Source of the DNA: Octopus vulgaris | Taxonomy: Eukaryota | Length of the DNA: 64,000 nt | Direction of reading: 5' to 3' | Assembly (NCBI GenBank): GCA_951406725.2 | Contig: OX597814.1 | Span: forward strand, 167,772,001-167,836,000 | In this document: positions 52,950-64,000 of the stretch, in pieces | Numbering within the stretch: the stretch's first letter is position 1 | Layout: each line of letters begins with the position of its first letter | Notes under the pieces: model-generated | Told to the model about the DNA's origin: nothing | Databases searched by the model: none | The model's input: only the letters and a program-made list of their open reading frames with translations | Made by a program: the position numbers and the translations under genes

Positions 52950-54380
52950 TAACGACGATGTCATAAAGTTTTTCATTGGTATGTTCATTAAGGATATCAT
53001 TAAGTAGTTCAATTGTTTATTCATTAACATTATCATAAAGTAGATCGATTGATTATTTATTCATAATGTTATTGAATACATCGTTAGTTTATTTGTTAAT
53101 GATGTCATAAAATGTCATTGATATATTTTGTTAATGATGTCAACAGAAATCACCGTTTTTTTTGCCGTTTTTCATTAACAAATCATAAAATAGATAATCT
53201 GTGGCAAATTGGTACAGTCGTTATAGTGTTGGGTAGAATGTTTCATGTTACTGTTGCATCACTGTGCTCTGAGTCCAAATCTTGCTGTGAGAATGTTAGA
53301 CCAAATGCCTTGTGGTATTTGTCCCAGCTGTTTTTGCATTCTGAGTTCAAATCCTGCCATGGTCTACCTGGGTGGTAGACTTAATCTATCAACTTGTTGA
53401 ACACCATCACCTGGCATTTTAGGTGCTTTTAGTGGAGTTTACTCAGCTGCATGCATTCGAGCACTAACCTTGAAAGCCCTGCAAAGAATTGTGGGCACTA
53501 CCTTTTCTCCTGACTAAAAAATTCAATAATTTTTATCATGAAATAAATCAGTGTTGTATATCTTTAATGATATCAAGTATGTCTTTAGTTTATTCATTAA
53601 TATCATTAATATAGTAGTTTATTACTTTTATGATGTCATAAAACACATCATTGTTTTATTCATTTTATGATCTCATTTGTTTATTCATGAATATCATAAA
53701 ATAATAATTTGTGTACTTATGACGTCATACTGTACATTTTAGCTTATTCATTAGTGATATCACAAAGTAGATCATTTGCTTACTCATTAAGAACGTCACA
53801 AAATATGTCGTTGATTATTCATTAATTTTGTTAAATATATTGTTAGTTTATTCATTAAAAATATCAGAAAATATATCTTCAGTTTATTTCTTTAATGATA
53901 TAAAATACATCATTGCTGTTTATTCCTTCAGCGATATCATTAACTAGATAACTTGTATGTTCGTTAATGATGTTGTAAATTACATCATTAGATTATTCAT
54001 CAATGATGTCATGAAATAACATTATTAGTTTGCTCATCAACAGAGTCATGAAGTACATCACTGCTTCATTCATTTCTTCATAATGTTGATCATTAGTTTG
54101 CTTCTTCAGTAATGTCATAAAGTAGATTATTTACATGTTCATTACCAGTGTCTTACAATACATTATTGGTTTATGTCTTTAATGATGTCATAAAAACACA
54201 TCGTTGGTATATTCATTTCTTCATTTGTATATATTCATTAATAATACCACGGAATATATGTTATGGTTTGTTCATTAACAATGCTGTTAGGTTCGTTATT
54301 GGATTATTCTCTAATGTTGTCATAAAATACAGCATTGGTTTATTCATTAATACTGTCAAGAAAATACCTCATTAGTTGAT
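52950..54380. repeat. Degenerate minisatellite with a unit of about 36 bp, interrupted at about 53150-53540
   Basis: Consensus by eye: TTCATTAATGATGTCATAAAATACATCATTGGTTTA. Confidence 0.75.
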
Positions 54381-56795
54381 TCAAATTTTTTGCAACTAAT
54401 ATCTACTCTATGTTCTCTGTTCAGTCTATTTTTCCAATTCACCTTGTATATCTAATGTGCCAGCACATTTAATGAAGTGAGCTTCAAAAATCTATTTAAT
54501 CTTTCTAATATTTAGTCTGACTCTATATTCAGTTAATTTCTCACCATTCTCTTCAGGTCCCCATTACTTATATTTCTTTGTCATGTAACATATTACTTTT
54601 GATAGGGAGCATGTCTTTGTTTGTCATCAACAAAGTTTCTTCAACTTGACACACCAACTTCCCACCTTGGATGGATATTAAGCTATCATTGGTTTTTTTG
54701 AATTCATTACCAAACTCATTATTCTTAGCAGTTTCTTATACATCACTCTTTTATTGCCATTTATATGCTACTACTACATTTCCAGTTAAACAGCCAAACT
54801 AGTGCTACCTCTACTTACTATGCCAATTCTGAACTACTCTTTCTGAAACTATAGCAACTTTCCTTAATAGCATTTCTTTAAGCTCTAGATGTTGATAGTT
54901 GCAGCTATCAACATAGTTACATGTGAACCCGACAGCAGAAAATGTGAAGGTGGTTTATGTCACCAGTGTTGCAATGTGCTCCTTCAAGCTACATCACTTT
55001 GGCCATAAATATTATTGTTATTGTTTCACCTGATCAGCCCCAATTATGCAGACTTTTTATCAGGAGCATTCTAGTTGTGACCATCTCTCTTTTGTTGGTT
55101 TTTTTTTTACTTTTTTTGGTGTAGCATGCATCCAGGATCATATTATCTAATATACCCTTCCTCTTTTAGTTGATAAGACATGATATGAAAAAGACTTGGT
55201 TGTTATTTCTAGCAGCCTAACAAAGATGCCCTAGTTAGCTCAAACATATAAATGGTATAGATCTGATGATGGGATACAGTCGATTGGGACATACACATCA
55301 CTGTTGTAATCAGTAAGGTTACTGGATAAGATATATTCTGTTAGCTTAGAGTATTAAATTCATCACTTTAAACTTTCTCTAGACTGATAACATTATCTAT
55401 AAAGTAAGATATTTTTCAATTGCTTAATCCTATAAAAAGCTATCATATTCAATCAAAATCTCTTATCAACATCACCAGATGTACCCCTTCCACATCAGTA
55501 CCCCCAATTCTACCTACAAAGTAGGAAGTCAGAAGAGTATTGCATACCTTCCCTCCTCTTTATAAAAGATATTTGAAGATTTGTTAATGCTTTTTCCCTT
55601 CTGAGAAGTAAATTTAAAATCCATTTTTATCTGTAGCTTCCATTGCCCACTTTCTATCAATATATTTTATTACCACCATGTTAGCAATTAATTTCAAATT
55701 TTCTGCTCTATACATTAACATAATATTGTGACAATTAAATGTAAGGCACTTATTTTATAAACTTATGTTATGTAATGTTCAACACACCTTGTTTCACTGT
55801 TAGTGCTATGTTACTAGTGCTTGGTTATCTACCAATAATTTCAACCCCTCCCCACCTCTCTCTGCTATGAACATATCTTCTATCCTTTCAAACTCTTTTG
55901 AATGTAGCTATTCATATTTTACTAAACTATCTTCAAATCATTCTTTGCATATGAGAATAATTTTATTCTATTTTGATACAAAGTATTATCTCTAATTTTC
56001 TAACAGAAATGAAATTTTGTTTACACAAAATCAAATTATTATATTAAAAAAAAAAATATATATTAAATTTCGATATATGATGAAGTTCCTTATTCAATAA
56101 TATAAAGGAAGATATGGCTATGATAACATCAGCACATGTACAATGGTTTGTTCCATGGTTTTCAGCTTTTATTTTTTCCTGCATTAGCTCCTTTGCAGAG
56201 TAAAGCCTACAGCAGTATAATAAGAGATGAGGTGATAAGATATGTAGGCTTATTCAGAAAACAAATATTTTTAATAACAGCTACTGATTTATACTTTGCT
56301 AGATTTCTTTTGATAATTTTTTTGTGTGGTTGGTTAGTATAGAAAGTTAAATTTGCATCAATATATCACTGGTACTTATTTTTAAAAAAACCTGAAGGGA
56401 TGAAAGACAAAGTTGACTGTCAGAATAGTTTGGCATGTAGTCCAGTGTTTTGTTACCTTGTCAATTTTAACTGGTCTCTTATCATAGTTTTAAACTGATT
56501 TGAACACAGGCATAGCTGTATGCTTAAAAAGTTACCTTTGTTACCATTTGGTTTCAAGTTTGATCCCACTGTGTGGCACCTTGGGCAAGTGTTAGCTACC
56601 ATAATGTCAGTGAAATTTACTAGGCTGAAATTGTATGGAAACTCACCATACATTTATGATTATCAGTGCTTCAAGCAAAAATACTTCATTATTTTGTCTT
56701 CTGGGTTATGTTTCTTACTCCTTTTTTAAGTCCTTTCATCCATAGATGGACCTAGCTATTCAATAAATAAAGATTGTATGCGTACCGGATGCACT

Positions 56796-57105
56796 CATCA
56801 TCATCATCGTTTAATGTCCGCTTTCCATGCTAGCATGGGTTGGACGGTTCAACTGGGGTCTGGGAAGCCCGAAGGCTGCACCAGGCTCAGTCAGATTTGG
56901 CAGTGTTTCTACAGCTGGATACCCTTCCTAACACCAACCACTTCGTGAGTGTAGTGGGTGCTTTTTACATGCCACCGACACAGGTGCCAGACGAGGCTGG
57001 CGAACGGCCACGTTCGGATGGTGCTTTTTACGTGCCACTGGCACGGAGGCCAGGTGAGGCTGGCAACGGCCACGATTGGATGGTGTTTGTTACATGCCAC
57101 TGGGA
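56796..57105 (-). mobile_element. (GAT)n-tailed SINE/LINE-tail family (type E) with internal subrepeats
   Basis: CATCATCGTTTAATGTCCGCTTTCCATGCTAGCATGGGTTGGACG... Further copies at 13985-14322 and 27555-27830, with fragments at 39840-39990, 49560-49640 and 62050-62500. Confidence 0.8.
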
Positions 57106-57179
57106 TGAATAAAATGAATTGGCTACAATCTAGTGACTGAAACTAGTTAAAAATTTGATTTTTTTTTTTTTAGGTTTAA

Positions 57180-57408
57180 TCCTTTACCTGCCCAAAGCAT
57201 TTTCATGAGTTTGTCCTAATTGTCCATGCTTGTTTTCAGACTTTTAGTTAACCCTTGTTTTCATATATTCTGAATTATACAAAACTTTCCTTTCGTAAGT
57301 CCCCAAGTTACACTAGTGTCTGAGAAAAAATTGGGAATGTGTATCATTTATGATGCATGAACACCAGAAAAATATGTCCTGTGTTTGATACCCAGGACAG
57401 GCAGAGGG
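57180..57408. mobile_element. piggyBac-like MITE
   Basis: TTAA-TCCTTTACCTGCCC ... GGACAGGCAGAGGG-TTAA: imperfect 14-bp TIRs with a TTAA duplication. Confidence 0.65.
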
Positions 57409-58324
57409 TTAAGAAGAGAAATACAGATTATTGTTTCAATAAACACCAGTATGATTCAGCTACTATGTTTTATCAATGTCTGAAAGATATTCTCAGAACA
57501 GTAAGGTAATGAACTAGATACATTAAAGCATTCAGTCCAGCATTCAGTTGCCTCTCCCATCCTCATCATTTTCTTTTAATATTGATTTCTTTTGATGGGG
57601 CACAGAATCAAACGGAGAAAGATAACATAGATTAGATTGTTCCAAAGTTACATTACTTGTACTTTATTTTATCAACCCCAAAAGGAAGAAAGATACAGGT
57701 GACTCTAACACGATTTGAACTCAGACACTAAATATATTGCCAAGCATTTAGTCTGGCTCAAGTGTTTCTGGCAACCTGCCAGCTTTAATAATTGCAATAA
57801 TATTGAAAAAAAGATAGTGGGGCACTTCATAATTAATACAACTCTGTTTTTAAAAATATCTTAGAAGGAGTTATCTGTGTAACACACCCTTAAAAAAATA
57901 GAAGCAAAAAACTAATAATCATTGGAGCAAAGTCAAAATTTAGAAATAAAATTGATGTTTGAAATATGAAACTTTTGGCTGAAATCATGAAATTTTGTCA
58001 TGTAAGGAAATTCTACTCTTGAACAAATGCTTTTATTATGAAAGAACCTAATTATCTTCCATAATGGAAACTAGTAACTGTTCTCTCTCTCTCTTTCAAA
58101 ATGTAGAATATGAATATCTGATATCATTAAATATTGATTGTAGCAGACAAAGATAATAATTTCTCTCATTTTTGAACAGGAGTTGAGAACTCCTCTGTGG
58201 ACAAAATTTTAACTGCTATTGAATATGAAAACCATCCACTGTTAAAGTCTCTGGGGACCCAAATGAAAAAAAATGGTTTATCTTTTGAGACTAAAGATAT
58301 AAATTTAATATAAGTGGTACAGGA

Positions 58325-58755
58325 GGTGGTGAGCTGGCAGAATTGTTAACACACCGAGTGAAATGCTTAGCAGTATTTTGTCTGCCACTACGTTCTGAGT
58401 TCAAATTCCGTCAAGGTCAACTTTGCCTTTCATCCTTTCAGGGTCGATTAAAAAAGTACCAGTTACACACTGGGGTCGATATAATTGACTTAATCTGTTT
58501 GTCTGTCCTTGTTTGTCCCCTCTGTGTGTAGCCCCTTGTGGGCAGTGAAGAAATAAGAATTGTTAGCATGCCAGGTGAAATGCTTAGTGGCATTTTGTCT
58601 GTCTTCAAGTTCTGAGTTCAAATTCCACTGAGGTCAATTTTGCTTTTCATCCCTTCAGGGTCAATAAAATAAGTACCAGTTAAGTACTGGGGTCGATGTA
58701 ATCGACTTAGCCCCTTCCCTGAAACTGCTGGCCTTATGCCAAAATTGAACCAATA
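58325..58755 (+). mobile_element. SINE type A dimer (two copies with different tails)
   Basis: The first copy ends AGCCCCTTGTGGGCAGTGAAGAAAT. The second restarts at AGAATTGTTAGCA and ends GGCCTTATGCCAAAATTGAACC. Confidence 0.8.
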
Positions 58756-59874
58756 ACTATGAATTTGTAAAATTAAATATTCTTTACTTATCTCAGCACA
58801 TATTCACCCTTAGTACTATAAAGTTTCCTCTAGTCTGGTCTAAGGCATTTTCTGTATTTTGAAAGTAAACTGGTAACAGAACATGATAGAATGACAACAA
58901 TATTTACCTATCTTTTATCTTTCTCAGTCATTAGACTGAAAATAGTACTTAGTGTTTTTATTATTTTAAGCCTGGTACTTATTCTATTAGTGTCTTTTAT
59001 TGAACCGCTAAGTTACAAGGATGTAAGCAACCAATACCAGTTGGCAAGCAGTTGGGAAAACAAATGCAGAGACATGCATATACATGCACACACACACACG
59101 ATGAGCTTCAACACAGTTTCCTTTCTACCAAATTCACTCACAAGGCAGTGGTTTGGCCTAGGACTGTAGTAGATGTTTGCCTAAGATGTTATGCACTGGT
59201 ATTGAACCTGAAACCATGTGGTTGCAAAACAAACTTCTTAACCATACAGCCGTGCCTGTACCTATATGCAAACTAATCTGACATTGCATACAATAATTAG
59301 TTTTGGATACAAAATCCTACTATCAATGATATTCACTTTAATATTTATATGACTGCATTTTATGAAGTCCTTTTCCCTTCCTAGAATGTTGAAGTAAATG
59401 GAAATTTCACAAAATCTTGAAAATTTCAAGAAAAATCATACCCTACTGATAAAAACTGATCTGGACTATTAACCTCATTTTAGTGTTCTATTTCACAGTA
59501 TGCCTTGGTTGGTGTATTTTCCAATCATTTGAAATTACTTAATTGTTTGGCCACAGCCTTTGGGCTAAAATGTATAAAAGAATAAAAGAGTAAAAGAATA
59601 TATCTTCTCATAATAAAACTGAACAGTCCGACTTTGGTGCAATGAAATTGTAGTTAATAGCAACTGAGACTCTGTAATAAAGATTTTTATTTTCAATCTC
59701 AGTTAGTTGGGTAATTATATATAAATGGAAATGTTTTGTATATAAAACAGTAATGATGAGGTTTTATGTGTCTTATTAATGTTACCCTCACCAGTAACGA
59801 CACATTTCAGAAATATAAACTAAATTTTTTTTTTTACTTCTGTTTAATGGCACAGGATAAATAGCTAGATAAGA

Positions 59875-60089
59875 TAGTGTTTCTCAACCACTTTTTAGCT
59901 ATGGACCCTTTTTTTCCTATTTTATGTGGGTGGACCCTCATAGCCATTCAATGTTTAAAGAAATCTTTTTATATTTTTATAATTAAATATTAGAAACTTA
60001 AAAGAAATTAAGTTTCTTTGTGTATTGTAGAAGTATAACATAATTTTTAACGAATAAAGTCTTATATAGGCCCTTGTTGAGAACCACGG
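59875..60089. mobile_element. hAT (Charlie-like) MITE, degenerate
   Basis: TAGTGTTTCTCAAC ... GTTGAGAACCACGG termini. No matching 8-bp TSD seen. Confidence 0.5.
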
Positions 60090-60506
60090 CTCAAAACAGT
60101 GATTCTTCCACTTACAAAATAAACCTCTCTGCCTTATAAAAATTCTGTCACGAAATGACTGGCAGAAAAAGTTAAAAAAATAATAAAAGGCTTCATTAAA
60201 TATCTTGAATTATTTAGTTTAGTTTAGTTAGTCTTAGTTCAAATATCACTGGAGTCAGCTTAGCATTCTGTCCTTTTGAGAGTTTTGTTAAAAATGAATA
60301 CGTACTGGGATCAATTGAGTTAACTCTAGGCCACCTAATATCATCTATTGCACATTAATTCTTATTTCGAAGAAAATGACATAAAGATCCTATTCTTAAA
60401 AAAATTCACTCAAGTTAGTTATTTGTGATCTGAAGAGCATAATTTGATTATGATTTGGTATCTGGATGCTTTATATAATATTGCTTTGTACTTTTTTTTA
60501 TTGTAG

Positions 60507-60639
60507 ATGTTTTACAGATGATGGGCCGTGCTGGAAGACCTCAATTCGATGCTCAAGGTACTGCTGTGATATTGGTTCATGACATTAAGAAACATTTTTA
60601 CAAAAGGTTTTTGTATGAACCCTTTCCTGTTGAATCAAA
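60507..60639 (+). CDS. ASCC3: ASCC3 internal coding exon (helicase motif VI)
   Basis: ttgtag acceptor and GTAAGT donor at 60640. The phase fits the previous exon and gives [44 protein letters not shown]. Confidence 0.95.
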
Positions 60640-61460
60640 GTAAGTAATTATACCTTATTATCAAACACCAAATAGTCTATTTTTCCCATCATCATCATCA
60701 TCAATTGTCCATTTTTCCATGTTTGCATGGGTCAGATGGAATTTGCTAAGGCAGATTTCCTATGGCCAGATGCCCTTCTTGTCACCTACACTCACCTATT
60801 TCCCACCAAGGTAATATTTTCCTTTGGAAGACTGGAAATGAACAACATTCTTGTATGATGAGGATGCTCATTTACAAGCATACCATGATGTTAAGGCAAG
60901 GGTACACACACACACACACACATCTGACAGGCTTCTTTCAGTTTCCATCTACCAATTCCACTTACAAGGCCTGTAGTTTCTGTAGAAATCACTTGCCCAA
61001 ATGGTCACTGCAATGGAACTGAACACAAGACCTCATGGTTTGAAAGCAAGTTTACTAACTACACAGGCATACCTGTGCCTATATAAATATATTAAAACAC
61101 ATAAGTAGGTTAGAAAATTGGATGGGTGGATGGACAGATGGGTGAACACAGAATCTCTTCAATAACTATGTAACTAGCACACTTTTAGTCAGTTTTTCTC
61201 TTGGTTTCAGACATCTACAGCTACTTTATTGACCCTGCAATAGAAAGTGTGTGGTATGACATAGAGAATTTTATTTATTACAAATTTTATATTCATCTCA
61301 AGTGTTCCAAATACTAAGATAAAGAAGAGAAAGCTAATGACAAAGCCTTGGTGGACACCATCTGAACTTTAACATATTCACTGAATGTTTTGCCTCTACT
61401 AATGTTAGTTGTTTCCTTACTTCCACACACAGCTTCTCACTAGTCAATTATTTATATCTA

Positions 61461-61959
61461 CCGTAAATCCTCGAGTATAATCCGCATTTTTTTCCCAAAT
61501 TTAAAGGTCAAAATCCTTAGTGCGTACTATATACAAGGTTAAAAATGAAAAATATTTTCTAAGCAATGTTCGAGTCTCTATTTACTGTCCGGCAATGTTT
61601 ATTCGGACGCATTGTGTGAAAATACCTTAAGCTATGCCTGAAAGCAATGAAGTCATAAAAGAATCATCCATAACTTGCAGTAAGCAACATTTATTAAACG
61701 TTATTACTGTTATTTCTTTATTTTCTGCAAACAAAATGCACAAAAAAGCTACACGTTTGCATTATGTTATATATACAATAATAATAAAGGATGTTATTGT
61801 ATACATTTTTACAAACCAAGGACGTTATATCGACCTCCTTGACCCAAGTTAGAGAAGGGGTGTGTATTATACACAAGGTTTAGGTTTTTCAGAGGTACAG
61901 CCCCCTAAAAATCTCCTGTGTATTATACTCAAGGGCGGACTATACTTGAGGATTTACAG
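61461..61959. mobile_element. Tc2/pogo-type MITE, copy 2
   Basis: TA-CCGTAAATCCTCGAGTATAATCCGC ... GCGGACTATACTTGAGGATTTACAG-TA: about 25-bp TIRs and a TA target duplication. Confidence 0.9.
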
Positions 61960-62516
61960 TATATTTTATCAACATTCATTTATCAATAAAAATTCAAGGG
62001 AGTGTAGGAGGATATTTGTTCAAGATTATTGTCAACAATTTCTTACCATATTCATAGTAGTTTATATTCCTCTGGCTGGATGATTTTCAGACGTTGAATC
62101 TCACAGCGGTGATGACAAGTGATTGAGACTTTTGGTGATTTGCTGTGCTTGAGAAGACATATCAAGCTAAGTGAAATTGTAGTTATGGCTAGTGCCAGTG
62201 GCACATGAAAGACACCTGTGCCAGTGACATGTAAAGGGTACCCATGCCGGTGACATGTAAAAGACACCAATGTCAGTGACACATAAAAAGCACCCATGCT
62301 GGTGGCACACAAAAGGCACCTGTGCCAGCAACACATAAAAGGCACTCACGCCAGTGACACGTTGGCATAAAGAAGGGACCCAACTATAGAAACCAAGCCA
62401 AAACAGACTGGGGCCTGGTGCACCTCTCCCGCTTACCAGTTCCAGTCAAATGTCTTACCCATGTCAGCATGGAAAGTAGATGCTAAATGGTGTGGTGGTG
62501 GTGGTGGAAGCAGCAG

Positions 62517-62518
<2 letters not shown>

Positions 62519-62548
<30 letters not shown>

Positions 62549-62594
62549 CTTCTTCTTCTTCTTCTTCTTCTTCTTCTTCTTCTTCTTCTTCTTC
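62519..62594. repeat. (TTC)n microsatellite
   Basis: Direct reading. Confidence 0.95.
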
Positions 62595-63679
62595 CCCCTC
62601 CTCCTCTATGTTTCCACTTTTCCCCAGTTTCAGCTTTACTTTCTGCCACTTTCATTGCTATTAGTCTTAATTCTCTTTTTATTTCGCCAACCCTTGCCTT
62701 TGTTGGTGTTGAAACAGTAGTTCTATGCCAGTTACAGAGTACAATAAAAATGACACAGTTTGTTGGTGTTAAAGAATGGAGTCAACAGATTGATGTTCAA
62801 CATATCAAAACCTTTCCACTCTTTCTTGGCAACCAAACTTACTGACACCTTCAAATTCTCTTTGATTTTATTACTGTTGTTGCCAAAATACTGTTGCCAA
62901 TTTCCTTGATTCCTCTACTCTTACTGAATAAAAGATTTCTCTTTGTCATTTAGTTAGTTAAATAATCAAATTTTATCTGCAAAAAATAGTCTTTATAATT
63001 TTATGTCCACCTTTCCAGTGACATAGCTAGAGTGTGTGCCACTTAGGGTACCCCTTGATTTTGCCTCCCCTTCCCCATAAAGGCTTATACAGAAGCCCCA
63101 AAACTGCCACTCCACCCCATTGAAGCATCATCTCTCTCCTATGCTGCTCCTCTTTCCATGTTGTTATAGATCAGAAAGTTTTTCTGAGATTGTGCTTTAT
63201 GGACAGATGCTCTTCGTGTTACTAGCCCTTTTTACATCTCCTCTTAAGGTACTCAAGAACATGGTATCCCTGTTTTGAAACTGGGATACACATAAGGTAG
63301 AAGAAGAGAAAAAGGAAGAAATTAGTTTTTTTTTTTTTTTTTTTTTCGAAGTATCATTTTCTTAATCTTTGATTAAAACCAATAAATATGTTTTTATTTG
63401 ATGACTGTGAACTCTGAAAACAGTCAAATTTATCCCTTCTGTATTTATGGCCGAGATTCTTTCAGGTTTGTTTTTTCTTCATCTACCTATAGTCTCTAAA
63501 TTATATGCATGTAATAAATGAGTGGGGAGGGGTTAACAATTGAATTGACTGTGATCCTTTGGAAGAAATCAATATTAATCTTTGTTTTAATAAAACCTTC
63601 TTGTGAAAGCTATCCCAATATCAGGACCATTGTATCATGGAACCATTCAACTTCTAATTTATCCTAGCTTGCTATTACT

Positions 63680-64000
63680 CTTACTCTCTTTACTTGTTTC
63701 AGTCATTTGACTGCGACCATGCTGGAGCACTGCCTTTAGTCGAACAAATCGACCCTGGGACTTATTCTTTGTAAGTCCAGTACTTATTCTATCGCTCTCC
63801 TTTGCCGAACTACTAAGTGACGGTGACGTAAACACACCAGCATCGGTTGTGAAGCAATGCTAGGGGGACAAACACAGACACACAAACATACACACACATA
63901 TATATACATATATACGACGGGCTTCTTTCAGTTTCTGTCTACCAAATCCACTCACAAGGCTTTAGTCGGCCCAAGGCTATAGTAGAAGACACTTGCCCAA
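63680..64000 (-). mobile_element. SINE type B (runs off the window)
   Basis: Reverse-complement copy similar to 25211-25632. Confidence 0.85.

Noticed and set aside
52950-54380. CRISPR-like array (36-bp partly palindromic repeats)
   Set aside because: Units are contiguous and diverged with no unique spacers, there are no cas genes, and the context is a eukaryotic intron.

Overview
AT-rich, microsatellite- and SINE-dense animal genomic DNA. The SINE families resemble those I recall from Octopus (coleoid cephalopod), which is an inference. The window is almost entirely intronic. Three short + strand exons (17818-17955, 50190-50310, 60507-60639) splice in frame into the second Ski2-like helicase cassette of ASCC3, separated by introns of about 32 kb and 10 kb. 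The largest insertion is a young, near-full-length L1/Tx1-clade non-LTR retrotransposon (about 7961-13450) with a zinc-knuckle ORF1 and an APE-RT-CCHC ORF2 broken by one frameshift. The rest is a TE graveyard: Dong/R4, CR1, Penelope-like, Tigger, hAT, maT (DD37D), mariner, Tc2-like and piggyBac-like MITEs, a probable Helitron, and at least five tRNA-derived SINE types. The most notable observations are: (i) a SINE whose 3' tail matches the 3' end of the Tx1 element and has 13-19 bp TSDs (candidate SINE-LINE pair); (ii) two copies of a minimal, non-canonical hammerhead ribozyme motif in Penelope-like fragments; (iii) a pre-tRNA-Asp/retroelement-tail chimera with a covarying 3' hairpin; (iv) an (ATT)n insertion hub; (v) a 36-bp hairpin-unit minisatellite. 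All coordinates and alignments were read by eye.
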